Assembly (NCBI GenBank): GCA_016186795.1
Contig: JACPKY010000002.1
Location: 26,593-90,592, forward strand
DNA from: Candidatus Gottesmanbacteria bacterium
Lineage (GTDB): Bacteria > Patescibacteriota > Microgenomatia > 2-02-FULL-39-11
Length of the DNA stretch: 64,000 bases
Direction of reading: 5' to 3'
The stretch's first letter is position 1; every line of letters begins with the position of its first letter. The translations under genes were made by a program, and so were the position numbers. The notes beneath the pieces were generated by a model. That model worked only from the letters and a program-made list of their open reading frames with translations, had not been told where the DNA came from and ran no database searches. This document shows positions 25,537 to 35,063 of the stretch, piece after piece.

Positions 25537-26364
25537 ATGAAAAAAAAGATAGGTATCATCGGGTGCGGACATATAGGGGCAGCGATCCTTACTGGATTTT
25601 TGTCGGCAAAAACTATTTCGCCGGAAGAAATTATTGTCTCCAATCCTGATATTGAGGACCTCAAGAAAAAGTTTCCGAAAGTTTTATTTACAACTCAAAA
25701 TAAAGAAGCAACAGAGGCGGAAATATGTATTTTGGCAGTAAGACCAAATATTGTTCAAGAAGTCTTGCGAGAAACTCGTCCAACATTTTTATCCAAGATA
25801 CTTCTTATTTCTACTGCCGCTTGTGTAACAATGGATCTTTTGCAATCGTACTTAGGCAAAAGTATCAAAATAATTCGTATCATGCCTAATTTAGGAGTAG
25901 CCTATGGACAGGGGATTATCGGATTTTTGGCAAATAAAAAAGTGACGAAAAAAGATAAAATATATTTCCGAAACGTTTTTTCCAAACTAGGACTGCTTGT
26001 TGAGTGCAACGACGATGAGACAATCGATAAACTTAGTATGATCTCCGGCTCCGGTCCCGGATATGCTGCATATTATATGGAAAATCTTGCAAAACAAGCT
26101 CAAATTTATGGTTTTTCACGTGATGTTTCACGGAAAATGGTCTTACAAACGTTTGCTGGGACTATACGAAGGCTGCAAAAAGAAAATCTTTCTTTTTCAG
26201 AGCTTTTAACTGGTGTTAGTACAAAAGGAGGAATTACAGAAGAGGTAATAAAAACATGGGATGAAAAGAAACTCCCACAAATTCTTTCTCAGGGAATTTC
26301 TCGAGGGTATGCTAAAATAAAACGAATAACTAATTCCTATTTCTTTGCTTCTCCAAAGAAATAG
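25537..26364 (+). CDS. proC: Pyrroline-5-carboxylate reductase
   Basis: GIIGCGHIG, RIMPN, SGSGPGY, VSTKGGIT. Confidence 0.95.
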   Translation: MKKKIGIIGCGHIGAAILTGFLSAKTISPEEIIVSNPDIEDLKKKFPKVLFTTQNKEATEAEICILAVRPNIVQEVLRETRPTFLSKILLISTAACVTMDLLQSYLGKSIKIIRIMPNLGVAYGQGIIGFLANKKVTKKDKIYFRNVFSKLGLLVECNDDETIDKLSMISGSGPGYAAYYMENLAKQAQIYGFSRDVSRKMVLQTFAGTIRRLQKENLSFSELLTGVSTKGGITEEVIKTWDEKKLPQILSQGISRGYAKIKRITNSYFFASPKK

Positions 26365-26396
26365 TAGAAAGAAAACATTCAGAGGCAGTGAAAAAT

Positions 26397-26732
26397 ATGA
26401 GTACAATAGATGATTTTTTAAAACTCGATATCCGGGTTGGGAAAATTCTTACCGTTGAGGATTTTCCCGAGGCTCGGAAACCTTCGTACAAACTCATGAT
26501 CGATTTTGGTCCGGAAATCGGAACAAAAAAATCCAGCGCGCAACTGGTACAGTATTACAAGAAAGCTGATCTTGTCGGGAAACACATTTTGGGCGTTGTC
26601 AATTTTCCGCCACGCCAAATTGGTCCCTTTGTTTCCGAAGTTCTGACTCTTGGAGTTCCAGATGAAAATCATGAATGTGTGTTAGTTGTTCCCGATAAAG
26701 ACGAAGCAGTAATTGGAGGAAAGTTGTTTTGA
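26397..26732 (+). CDS. csaA: CsaA/Trbp111-family tRNA-binding OB-fold protein
   Basis: DFLKLDIRVGKI, KKSSAQL, VVNFPPRQIGPFVSEVL. Confidence 0.92.
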   Translation: MSTIDDFLKLDIRVGKILTVEDFPEARKPSYKLMIDFGPEIGTKKSSAQLVQYYKKADLVGKHILGVVNFPPRQIGPFVSEVLTLGVPDENHECVLVVPDKDEAVIGGKLF

Positions 26733-26774
26733 TTTTTTTCCTTTCTTTGAGTGGCCAAAGAAAGGAAAACCACT

Positions 26775-28202
26775 ATGTTTGAAAAAAAAGAAATTGCAAA
26801 AAAATCCGTTAATCCTGACAGATGGTATACAGATGTAATATTGAAATCCGAACTTGCTGATTATTCACCTGTCCGCGGCTGCATGATAATTCGTCCCTAT
26901 GGTTATGAAATTTGGGAGAACATCCAAAACTATCTTGATAAAAAATTCAAGGAACTAGGAGTAAAAAATGCCTACTTTCCTACATTTATCCCCATGAGTT
27001 TTTTGCAAAGAGAGAAAGAGCATGTGGAAGGATTTTCCCCGCAGTTGGCAGTAGTTACTCATGGCGGAGGGGAGAAGCTCAGTGAACCGCTTGCTGTGCG
27101 GCCAACGTCTGAAACGATCATGTACGATACCTATGCTCGTTGGATCCAAAGTTGGCGCGATCTACCTCTTCTTCTAAACCTTTGGAATAACGTTGTGAGG
27201 TGGGAGAAAAGGACATATTTATTTCTTCGCACTGCCGAATTTTTGTGGCAAGAAGGACATACCGCACACGCGACATTTGATGATGCAGATACTTTTGCTA
27301 GAAAAATTCTTGAGATCTATACGGTTTTTGATGAAGATGTATTGGCGACTCCTGTTTTGGTAGGCAAAAAGAGTGAAAACGAGAAATTCCCTGGTGCCGC
27401 CATTACCTATTCGTTGGAAGCCCTCATGCCAGATGGTAAAGCTATCCAGATGGGTACATCACACCATTTAGGGGACAATTTTGCCAAAGCATTCAAGATA
27501 AAGTATCTGGATAAGAATGGGAGAGAGCAGTTTGTGTGGCAGACAAGTTGGGCAGAAACAACTCGGGTGATTGGGGCAATTATCATGGCCCATGGTGATG
27601 ATCAGGGTCTTATTCTGCCTCCAAATATTGCCCCAATCCAGGCAGTTTTTGTGCCTATAAAACTAAATGAAAAGGTACTTAACTATTGTCAAAAAATTTC
27701 TCAAGAGTTAGTAAAATCCGGTATTCGGGTACATATTGACAGTAGAGAAGAAAAATCAGTGGGATGGAAATTTCATGAATGGGAATTGAAAGGAATACCA
27801 ATTCGAATCGAAATAGGGGAGAAAGAGATGGAAAATGATGAATTGACTTTGGTGAGAAGAGATACTGGCGAAAAAGTCAAAAGTCAAAAGTCAAAAGTCA
27901 AAAGTGATACTGAGAGATTACTAAAAGAAATTCAAGATAATCTTTTTGAGAGAATGAAAAAATTTAGAGATGAAAATACTCATACTGTATCTTCCTATGA
28001 AGAATTTAAAAAAATTATGGCGACCCAAAAAGGGTATATTTATGCTTTCTGGTGTGAAGATCCAGTTTGCGAGGCAAAAATAAAAGAAGAAACCAAAGCA
28101 ACCACCCGGATTTTGCCATTAGATGCAAAAGAAGAAAAAGGAGAATGCGTTTACTGCAAAAAACCAGCTACTCACCGCTGGTATTTTGCCCAGGCATACT
28201 AA
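26775..28202 (+). CDS. proS: Proline--tRNA ligase (eukaryote/archaeal type)
   Basis: VRPTSET, FLRTAEFLWQEGHTAH, C-terminal Zn-binding domain ending FAQAY. Confidence 0.97.
   Translation: MFEKKEIAKKSVNPDRWYTDVILKSELADYSPVRGCMIIRPYGYEIWENIQNYLDKKFKELGVKNAYFPTFIPMSFLQREKEHVEGFSPQLAVVTHGGGEKLSEPLAVRPTSETIMYDTYARWIQSWRDLPLLLNLWNNVVRWEKRTYLFLRTAEFLWQEGHTAHATFDDADTFARKILEIYTVFDEDVLATPVLVGKKSENEKFPGAAITYSLEALMPDGKAIQMGTSHHLGDNFAKAFKIKYLDKNGREQFVWQTSWAETTRVIGAIIMAHGDDQGLILPPNIAPIQAVFVPIKLNEKVLNYCQKISQELVKSGIRVHIDSREEKSVGWKFHEWELKGIPIRIEIGEKEMENDELTLVRRDTGEKVKSQKSKVKSDTERLLKEIQDNLFERMKKFRDENTHTVSSYEEFKKIMATQKGYIYAFWCEDPVCEAKIKEETKATTRILPLDAKEEKGECVYCKKPATHRWYFAQAY
27872..27905 (+). repeat. In-frame heptamer tandem repeat (AAAAGTC) x ~5 inside proS
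   Basis: Encodes KVKSQKSKVKS. Confidence 0.85.
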
Positions 28203-29194
28203 CCAAATGACAAAAATATTTTGGCGAGGATAAAAGAAATAAGTCCACAGATAGGGAAAGTAAGGATCCAGGCAATAACAATATTTGAAGCGACTAACCA
28301 GCGAACCTTAGATAGACTTTGAACTGAACCAACGCCCATAATTGAAGTATTAATAGTATGCGTTGTAGACAGAGGAATACCAAATCTGGTGGCAATTTCT
28401 ATAGCTGTTGCTGCCGCAGTTTCAGCAGCAAAACCGTGCTGTGGTTCTAGTTTAGTTAATTTCATTCCCATTGTTTTTATTATTCGCCAGCCCCCGATTG
28501 AAGTGCCTATTCCCATAACTGCCGCGCATAATAATATGACCCAGGATGGAACAATAAATTCTTTGGTAATTCCAGAAAGCAAAAGAGCCAGTGAAAATGC
28601 GCCGATAAATTTTTGTCCATCATTACTACCGTGAGAAAAAGCCATGAAAGCGGCAGAAAGTAGTTGCATTCTGCCAAAAATTCTTCTCACTCGACTAATA
28701 CCGGTATTTCTAAAGATCCAAGCAATAATTACAAAAATAATATAAGCTAATGCAAATCCCAAGAAAGTAGAAAAAAATAGGCCAACTATTACTTTTTGCC
28801 AGCCATCCCAAAGAAGAACATTTGGTCCACCAGAGGCCAAACCCGCTCCGGCTAGTCCCGAAATTAATGCATGACTTTCGGAAGTAGGGAGTCCATATTT
28901 CCATGCCAGTGAGCTCCAGACAATTATTCCAATCATGGCAGCACCAACAGTATAAAGATTGATTGCTTCAGTCCTGACTATCCCTTTGCCGATAGTTGCC
29001 GCAACAGCCGTTCCGGAGAAACTACCAATGATATTTAATGTGGTTGCCAGAAGGACCGCTTTCTTGGGTGATAGTACACGTGTTGAAACAACGGTGGCAA
29101 TAGCATTAGGCGCATCTGTTGCCCCATTTACAAATTCTGCCCAAAGAATTAGAAAAAGTACAAAGATAAGAACTAGCGTATTTGCTTCCATCAA
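28199..29194 (-). CDS. PiT-family inorganic phosphate transporter
   Basis: NGATDAPNAIAT, HGSNDGQK, GIPLSTTH. Confidence 0.95.
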   Translation of the reverse strand: MMEANTLVLIFVLFLILWAEFVNGATDAPNAIATVVSTRVLSPKKAVLLATTLNIIGSFSGTAVAATIGKGIVRTEAINLYTVGAAMIGIIVWSSLAWKYGLPTSESHALISGLAGAGLASGGPNVLLWDGWQKVIVGLFFSTFLGFALAYIIFVIIAWIFRNTGISRVRRIFGRMQLLSAAFMAFSHGSNDGQKFIGAFSLALLLSGITKEFIVPSWVILLCAAVMGIGTSIGGWRIIKTMGMKLTKLEPQHGFAAETAAATAIEIATRFGIPLSTTHTINTSIMGVGSVQSLSKVRWLVASNIVIAWILTFPICGLISFILAKIFLSFG

Positions 29195-29814
29195 AAGTTT
29201 TTGACAATTATTTCTTCTACTATATCAGCTGAATCTTCACATTCGTCTAGAATACTTTCCATATTTTCGATTAAATCTTTCCATTTAATAACCAAAATGG
29301 GATTTTTGCCGTTGTCAAAAAGATATTTGAATGCTTGTCTAATGAGCCTATCTCCTTCATTTTCCAAAGAGTGGATTTCAATAATGATTTTTCTCATTTC
29401 TTTTATATTTTTATTTTGCCCTTTCAAAAGAGTTACCAACTGTAAAACTTTACTTGTGGCTTTATTTATTACCTTTACAAAAGGTTTAAATTGGGGAATT
29501 TCTCGTTTGATATTAAAAAGCTCAATATTAGAGGTTAAATTTTCAATCAGATCGATTATATTATCAAGATTTCGTGAAAATATGTGAATATCTTCTCTGT
29601 CTATTGGAGTTATAAAGGTACTGTCGGCTTCATAGAAAAGTTTATGGCAAATAGTATCGGCTTCTTCCTCAAGTTCCCAAGTTTTCTTAGCAAGAGAATT
29701 GATATTTTTCGATCCTACTTTTACTCTTAGCAAGATATTACCACTAAGGTTGACTATTTTAGATAGCTCTATAAAAAGGTCAAAAAACCTAGGATTTTTG
29801 GGGAAAAAATCCAT
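29191..29814 (-). CDS. DUF47/PhoU-like Pit accessory protein
   Basis: FITPIDREDI, LENEGD, D.CED.AD; upstream of pit. Confidence 0.92.
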   Translation of the reverse strand: MDFFPKNPRFFDLFIELSKIVNLSGNILLRVKVGSKNINSLAKKTWELEEEADTICHKLFYEADSTFITPIDREDIHIFSRNLDNIIDLIENLTSNIELFNIKREIPQFKPFVKVINKATSKVLQLVTLLKGQNKNIKEMRKIIIEIHSLENEGDRLIRQAFKYLFDNGKNPILVIKWKDLIENMESILDECEDSADIVEEIIVKNF

Positions 29815-29861
29815 AAGATAGTTTGCATTATATTACATATGTCTTTAAAATAAAGCCACTA

Positions 29862-30737
29862 ATGAAGACCATTGTCACCCATTTTGCTCCAGATGTTGAT
29901 GCTATTTCCTCAGTGTGGTTACTCAAGCGGTTTACGACAAGATGGCAGGAGGCTGACGTTGCATTTGTTCCGGCAGGGAAAACTCTCAAAGGCGATATTG
30001 TGGATAGTGATCCAAGTGTCATGCATGTCGATACCGGGATGGGAATGTTAGATCACCATCAGACAGATGAAGACACATGTGCTGCCAAAAGGACGTTGGA
30101 ATATGTTAGAGAGTTGGGAGAAGGGAAAGTTCGTATCCATCAGAAACATGCCGATGATGCGCTCGATCGAATGATTGATGTTGTGAATGATATTGATCAC
30201 TTCCGGGAGGTGTATTTCCCCAATCCCGCAGCTGATTACTACGATTTTGGACTCGTTGCGATCTTAGACGGGTGGAAGCTTTTGTACCCTGAAGATGATG
30301 GAAAAATTGCAACACTTGGAATGTTAGTCCTGGATGGAATTTATAAGAAATTCCAAGATAAAGTGTGGGCCGAACACGAACTATCGCAAAACGGTATTGC
30401 ATTTGAATCAAAGTGGGGGAAAGGTATTGCAATTGAAACAATCAATGATGAAGTCGTAAAAATGGCACAAAGGCAAGGATTTGTTCTTGCTGTTCGGAAA
30501 GACCCCAAAAAGGGGTATGTTCGCATCAAAGCAATTCCTTCCTCAGATGCAGATCTCACAATTTATTATAAAAAGCTGAAAAAGAAAGACCCCAAAGCTA
30601 CATGGTATCTGCATGCCAGCCGCAAGATGTTACTCAATGGTTCTGTGAAAAATCCAGAGAGTCAACCTTCTTCACTTCAACTTTCCGAACTTCTCAAAAT
30701 TCTTACGGCGAAGAAGAAGAAAAAAATGGTACAATAA
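29862..30737 (+). CDS. DHH/MYG1-like phosphoesterase-family protein
   Basis: IVTHFAPDVDA, VDTG and LDHHQ motifs. Confidence 0.7.
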   Translation: MKTIVTHFAPDVDAISSVWLLKRFTTRWQEADVAFVPAGKTLKGDIVDSDPSVMHVDTGMGMLDHHQTDEDTCAAKRTLEYVRELGEGKVRIHQKHADDALDRMIDVVNDIDHFREVYFPNPAADYYDFGLVAILDGWKLLYPEDDGKIATLGMLVLDGIYKKFQDKVWAEHELSQNGIAFESKWGKGIAIETINDEVVKMAQRQGFVLAVRKDPKKGYVRIKAIPSSDADLTIYYKKLKKKDPKATWYLHASRKMLLNGSVKNPESQPSSLQLSELLKILTAKKKKKMVQ

Positions 30738-30750
30738 AGATACTATTTCC

Positions 30751-31098
30751 ATGGACGAGTGCATTTTTTGTAAAATTGTCCTGGGCCAATTACCAGCGAA
30801 ATTTGTCTACCAGGATGATGATATCATTGCGATAAAAGATATTCATCCCAAAGCTCCTATACATCTTCTGGTTATGCCAAGGAAGCATCGTGAGTCTCTC
30901 AAAGACATAAAAAGGGAAGATCAGGAAGTCTTGGGGAAACTTCTCCTTGTGGTACAAAAGGTTGCGGCAGATGCAAAAATTGCCGAGGATGGTTATAAAG
31001 TTTTCATAAATAGCGGACACGATGCTGGACAAATCGTTTTCCATCTCCATCTCCATGTACTAGGTGGATGGAAAAAAGCACCAAGGTGGGATGTCTAA
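30751..31098 (+). CDS. Histidine triad (HIT) nucleotide-binding protein
   Basis: CIFCKI and HLHLH motifs. Confidence 0.95.
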   Translation: MDECIFCKIVLGQLPAKFVYQDDDIIAIKDIHPKAPIHLLVMPRKHRESLKDIKREDQEVLGKLLLVVQKVAADAKIAEDGYKVFINSGHDAGQIVFHLHLHVLGGWKKAPRWDV

Positions 31099-31160
31099 AA
31101 ATTTACAATCATTGTAAATTGATAATCGAAAATTAATAAAGAGGGGGTGTTTTATTTTTC

Positions 31161-31361
31161 ATGATATTTGTAAAGGCGGCTCCTGGAGATACATCTGATT
31201 CAGTTATCAGAAAGTTTACCAAGAAAGTCATTAACGAAGGACTTCTTCTTGAACTGAAACGGAAAGAATTCTATCAAAAGCCGTCAGAGGTGAAAAAAGA
31301 GGCAAAAAAAGAAATTGAACGGCGTAAGAGAGCTCGAAGACGGGCTCGCGCTCGCATGTGA
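31161..31361 (+). CDS. rpsU: 30S ribosomal protein bS21
   Basis: IRKFTKKV...KEFYQKPS with a basic tail. Confidence 0.92.
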   Translation: MIFVKAAPGDTSDSVIRKFTKKVINEGLLLELKRKEFYQKPSEVKKEAKKEIERRKRARRRARARM

Positions 31362-31753
31362 TGGTAGAAGTTTTCATTAAGACCGAATCTCATTATTCTG
31401 TTAACCGCAAACGAATTCGAGATACAATCGAACGCTATCTTTTTGGGAAGGGTGTGAAAGGGAAAGCCGAGGTAAGTGTTGCAATTGTCGGAGATCGGCT
31501 TATGAAGAAATTAAATAGTAAATATCGAAGCAATGATAAGACAACTGTTGTTCTTGCTTTTCCACTCGCGGATGAGGGTTTGCGAAAACCATTCGTTGAT
31601 GTTCCAGATGGTGTGCTGAGGTTAGGTGACATCATCATCTCGTATCCTCAAGTGATTGAGCTTGCAAGTTCGGAAAACTGTCTAGTTGATGAGAAAATTG
31701 ATGAGCTTCTTATTCATGGATTGAACCACCTGTTGGGAACAGGTGAGGTTTGA
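31358..31753 (+). CDS. ybeY: rRNA maturation factor YbeY (metal motif incomplete)
   Basis: LNSKYR..DKTT.VLAFP, LGDIIIS, IHGLNHLLG. Confidence 0.88.
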   Translation: MMVEVFIKTESHYSVNRKRIRDTIERYLFGKGVKGKAEVSVAIVGDRLMKKLNSKYRSNDKTTVVLAFPLADEGLRKPFVDVPDGVLRLGDIIISYPQVIELASSENCLVDEKIDELLIHGLNHLLGTGEV

Positions 31754-31783
31754 AGTATCAATATTGTAAATTGGAATTTAACC

Positions 31784-32818
31784 ATGACACTTTTTCTTAA
31801 ATACCGTCCTCAGAAGATCGATGATCTCGATTCAGAAGATATCCGAAATAGGCTCAAGACTATTTTTTCCTCATCATACATTCCACATGCCTTCTTGTTT
31901 GCCGGACCCAAGGGGACAGGGAAAACTTCAACTGCTAGGATTATTGCCAAGATCCTTAACTGTGAGAAAAAAGATCCAAATCCATGTACGAAGTGTCTAG
32001 CATGTAAGGCGATTGCGGAAGGGAGATTTCTTGACGTTGTGGAGATTGATGCGGCGTCAAATCGGGGAATAGATGAAATACGCGACCTTCGAGAGAAAAT
32101 TAAATTCTTACCGGTTTTGGGAAAAGTAAAAGTCTATATTATCGATGAAGTGCATATGTTGACAACCGAAGCGTTCAATGCCCTTCTGAAAACTCTTGAG
32201 GAGCCACCTTCACACGCAACATTTATTTTGGCAACGACAGAACCAGATAAATTACCAGAAACGATACGGTCTCGCTGTTCGATATTCACTTTCAGAAAAG
32301 CAACACCTGAGGAACTTGTTCATTCACTGAATCGTGTAGTAAAAGGCGAAGATGTTACTGTTTCCAAAGAAGTGGTAGAGCTCATTGCTCGTTCTTCAGA
32401 CGGTTCATTTCGCGATGGGACAAAGCTTCTTGAGCAGGCAATTTCAGAAGACGCGTTAACGATCGAAGGGGTCACAAAACTCATTGGACGTGATATTAAA
32501 TCTGCCAGACACCTTTTGGAACTTATTCTTGCAAAAAATACAACTGAAGGGTTGAAAGAGATGAGCCGTCTTGTCGAGAAGGGTACGTCAATGAGGTATC
32601 TTATTGAGGATATTTTGGAATCATTGCATACTATCCTACTCATTCAGCATGGCGTACTTGAGCGAAGTGACCTTGCCAAATTATCTCAAACGGTAAGTAC
32701 TCCAGATGTTCTATCTCTCATTCGGTTGTTTGGTCGTGCATTCGTCGACCAGAAAACAACATCGTTTCCATACTTACCTGTTGAGGTGGCAATTGTTGAG
32801 TGGTGCGAAGAGAAATGA
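31784..32818 (+). CDS. dnaX: DNA polymerase III subunit gamma/tau
   Basis: KYRPQ, GPKGTGKT, EIDAASNRG, IIDEVHML. Confidence 0.97.
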   Translation: MTLFLKYRPQKIDDLDSEDIRNRLKTIFSSSYIPHAFLFAGPKGTGKTSTARIIAKILNCEKKDPNPCTKCLACKAIAEGRFLDVVEIDAASNRGIDEIRDLREKIKFLPVLGKVKVYIIDEVHMLTTEAFNALLKTLEEPPSHATFILATTEPDKLPETIRSRCSIFTFRKATPEELVHSLNRVVKGEDVTVSKEVVELIARSSDGSFRDGTKLLEQAISEDALTIEGVTKLIGRDIKSARHLLELILAKNTTEGLKEMSRLVEKGTSMRYLIEDILESLHTILLIQHGVLERSDLAKLSQTVSTPDVLSLIRLFGRAFVDQKTTSFPYLPVEVAIVEWCEEK

Positions 32819-32888
32819 GTTGTAGAGAGCGAATAAAAACGATAAAATAACATGATCATTATTCAGTTTTAGAAACGGAGGATAGAGT

Positions 32889-33173
32889 ATGTTTAATCCA
32901 TTTAAGGCAGTGGGTGATCTCAAAAGCATGCGAGATCAAGCAATGAAAATGCAGCAGGTATTATCCCAAGAGGAGGTTGTGGTGGAAGAGCATGGGGTGC
33001 GGGTAGTGATGAGTGGAGATCAGAAAATAAAAGAACTGACAATTGACGGTAAAGAAGATTGGCGGGTGAAGGAAGCAGTCGCAACAGCAATTAAAAAATC
33101 TCAAGAAATTGCCGCGAAAAAACTCACTGAAATGAGTGGTGGAATACAAGGGCTTCTAGGAGGAGGAAAATAA
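32889..33173 (+). CDS. ybaB: YbaB/EbfC nucleoid-associated protein
   Basis: QAMKMQQ.L...VRVVMSGDQ; follows dnaX. Confidence 0.88.
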   Translation: MFNPFKAVGDLKSMRDQAMKMQQVLSQEEVVVEEHGVRVVMSGDQKIKELTIDGKEDWRVKEAVATAIKKSQEIAAKKLTEMSGGIQGLLGGGK

Positions 33174-33179
33174 ATTATC

Positions 33180-33310
33180 AAAATTAAACAATTTCCAAAT
33201 CCCAACCCCAATCAACACCAATGTCCAAATCCCAAAATACAAAACGTTTTGATTATTGGTAATTGGTAGTATTGGATATTGAAATTGGTCATTGGATATT
33301 GGTTATTATT
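33180..33310. repeat. Inverted degenerate heptamer array (CCAAAT-type then ATTGG-type units)
   Basis: ...ccaaatcccaa...ccaatgtccaaatcccaa / ttggtaattggta...ttggatatt...ttggtcattggatattggttatt. Confidence 0.6.
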
Positions 33311-33320
33311 GATTAATCAC

Positions 33321-34259
33321 ATGATTCTCGTCACCGGATCCCTCGCCTTTGACCATATCATGAATTTTCCAGGCAGGTTTGGCGATCATATCCTCCCTGA
33401 GAAGCTTCATATACTCAACGTCTCTTTTCTTGTTCCTGAAATGCGCAAAAGTTTTGGGGGAACTTCCGGAAATATTTCCTACACGTTGGCGCTTTTTGGA
33501 GTAGACGTAGCAATATTGGGAGTTGTGGGGTCAGATTTTGCGCCGTACAAAAAATTTCTTGAGGAAAACGGCGTAAAAACAACATATATTTTTGAATCGC
33601 ACGGACATTTTACCTCAACAGCTTTTGGCATTACAGATAGAGAAAACAACAATATCTGGGGATTTTATACCGGAGCAGATGACGTCTCTGACTCACTTTC
33701 CCTGGGTCAAGTGAAGGAATCAATCGAATTCGGTATTGTTGCTCCTCAAAAGCCAGAAACGATGCTTTCTATGATTCGACAGTATAAACGGAAGGCTATT
33801 CCTTATATATTTGATCCAGGGATGCAACTGCCGTGGTTTACGAAAGATCACTTGATTGAAGCATTCGAACACGCAAGTGTTGTAATTGGCAATGACTATG
33901 AAATGAGTGTGATCGAGAAAAAAATAGGGATTGAGATGCTTTCGGATTTTTGTAAAAAAGGAAAAATTATTATCACAACGTTGGGTGGGAAAGGATCACG
34001 GATAGAGAAAAAAGGTAAGGTGTTCGATATTCCTCCCGTCCGTGTTGAATCCAGAGATCCAGCGGGTGCCGGAGATGCGTACCGAGCAGGATTTATTGCC
34101 GGTTTTCTCAAAGGAATGTCTTTAGATGTATGCGGTCGGATGGGATCGGTTGCTGCAGCATATACTGTGGAGAAATTTGGGACAACGACGCATATGTTTA
34201 CCAAGAAGGAATTTGAAAGAAGATATAAGGAAGCGTATAAAGAAAATTTATCTATTTAG
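33321..34259 (+). CDS. PfkB-family carbohydrate kinase (adenosine kinase-like)
   Basis: ILVTGSLAFDHIMNFPG, FGGTSGNI, FDPGMQL, DPAGAGDAYRAG. Confidence 0.9.
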   Translation: MILVTGSLAFDHIMNFPGRFGDHILPEKLHILNVSFLVPEMRKSFGGTSGNISYTLALFGVDVAILGVVGSDFAPYKKFLEENGVKTTYIFESHGHFTSTAFGITDRENNNIWGFYTGADDVSDSLSLGQVKESIEFGIVAPQKPETMLSMIRQYKRKAIPYIFDPGMQLPWFTKDHLIEAFEHASVVIGNDYEMSVIEKKIGIEMLSDFCKKGKIIITTLGGKGSRIEKKGKVFDIPPVRVESRDPAGAGDAYRAGFIAGFLKGMSLDVCGRMGSVAAAYTVEKFGTTTHMFTKKEFERRYKEAYKENLSI

Positions 34260-34312
34260 CCTCTTAAATTCCAAATGACAAAACATCGTTGGATTTTGAG
34301 CTTTGGATTGTC

Positions 34313-35014
34313 ATGTATAACAAACCCTTACTCTTATTCGACATCGACTGGACTCTTCTTAAGGGTGGTCTTGCCGAGCATGTCGATGGATTTACCTATG
34401 CATGGAATAAAGTTTTAGGGATCACTGCTCATTTGTCTGATTGGAAAGATTACCACGGACAGCCGGATGGAGTGATTCTTTCGAAAATTCCCGTTCTCTG
34501 CCATGGGGTAGACCAAGAAACTGTAAAGCTGAAACAAGAAGCGTTGAAACAGGCGAAAATAGATTATTTTTTTGAACACGCACAAAAAGATTATAAACAT
34601 CTTCTCATGCCGGGAGTCATTGATTTATTGCACGAGCTTGAAAAACGGACAATTCCCATGGTAATCGCATCAGGAAATCTTGAAAAAATTGGCTGGTATA
34701 GGTTGGAAAAGGCGGGAATCAAAAAATTTTTTCTGGGAGGAGGATGGGGAGATAGCGTTTCTTCAAAATCTGAGGCATTTTTGCTTGCTATCGCAGCCTC
34801 CGAAAAGATTCTTTTGCAAAAAATTCCCAAAGAACACATTTTTGATATTGGTGATTCACACTACGATATTGAAGCAGCAAGAGCAATCGGGATTCACTCT
34901 ATCGGTGTTTTGACGGGATTTGATTCGGAAGATGTATTGCGAAAAAGTGGCGCAGAATACGTATTAAAAAATCTTACTGATACAAAGAAATTTTTCGAAA
35001 TGATCAAAATATAA
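34313..35014 (+). CDS. HAD-superfamily hydrolase (phosphoglycolate phosphatase-like)
   Basis: LFDIDWTL, ASGN, IGDSHYDI. Confidence 0.9.
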   Translation: MYNKPLLLFDIDWTLLKGGLAEHVDGFTYAWNKVLGITAHLSDWKDYHGQPDGVILSKIPVLCHGVDQETVKLKQEALKQAKIDYFFEHAQKDYKHLLMPGVIDLLHELEKRTIPMVIASGNLEKIGWYRLEKAGIKKFFLGGGWGDSVSSKSEAFLLAIAASEKILLQKIPKEHIFDIGDSHYDIEAARAIGIHSIGVLTGFDSEDVLRKSGAEYVLKNLTDTKKFFEMIKI

Positions 35015-35063
35015 CAGGGAACATTGCTTTTGCAATTTTGAGGGTGGTATAATGAGTCTTTCT

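Noticed and set aside
31784-32818. Short DnaX (344 aa) as a pseudogene or frameshift product
   Set aside because: Clamp-loader domains appear complete and there is no downstream tau-like frame before ybaB; short forms occur in reduced genomes.
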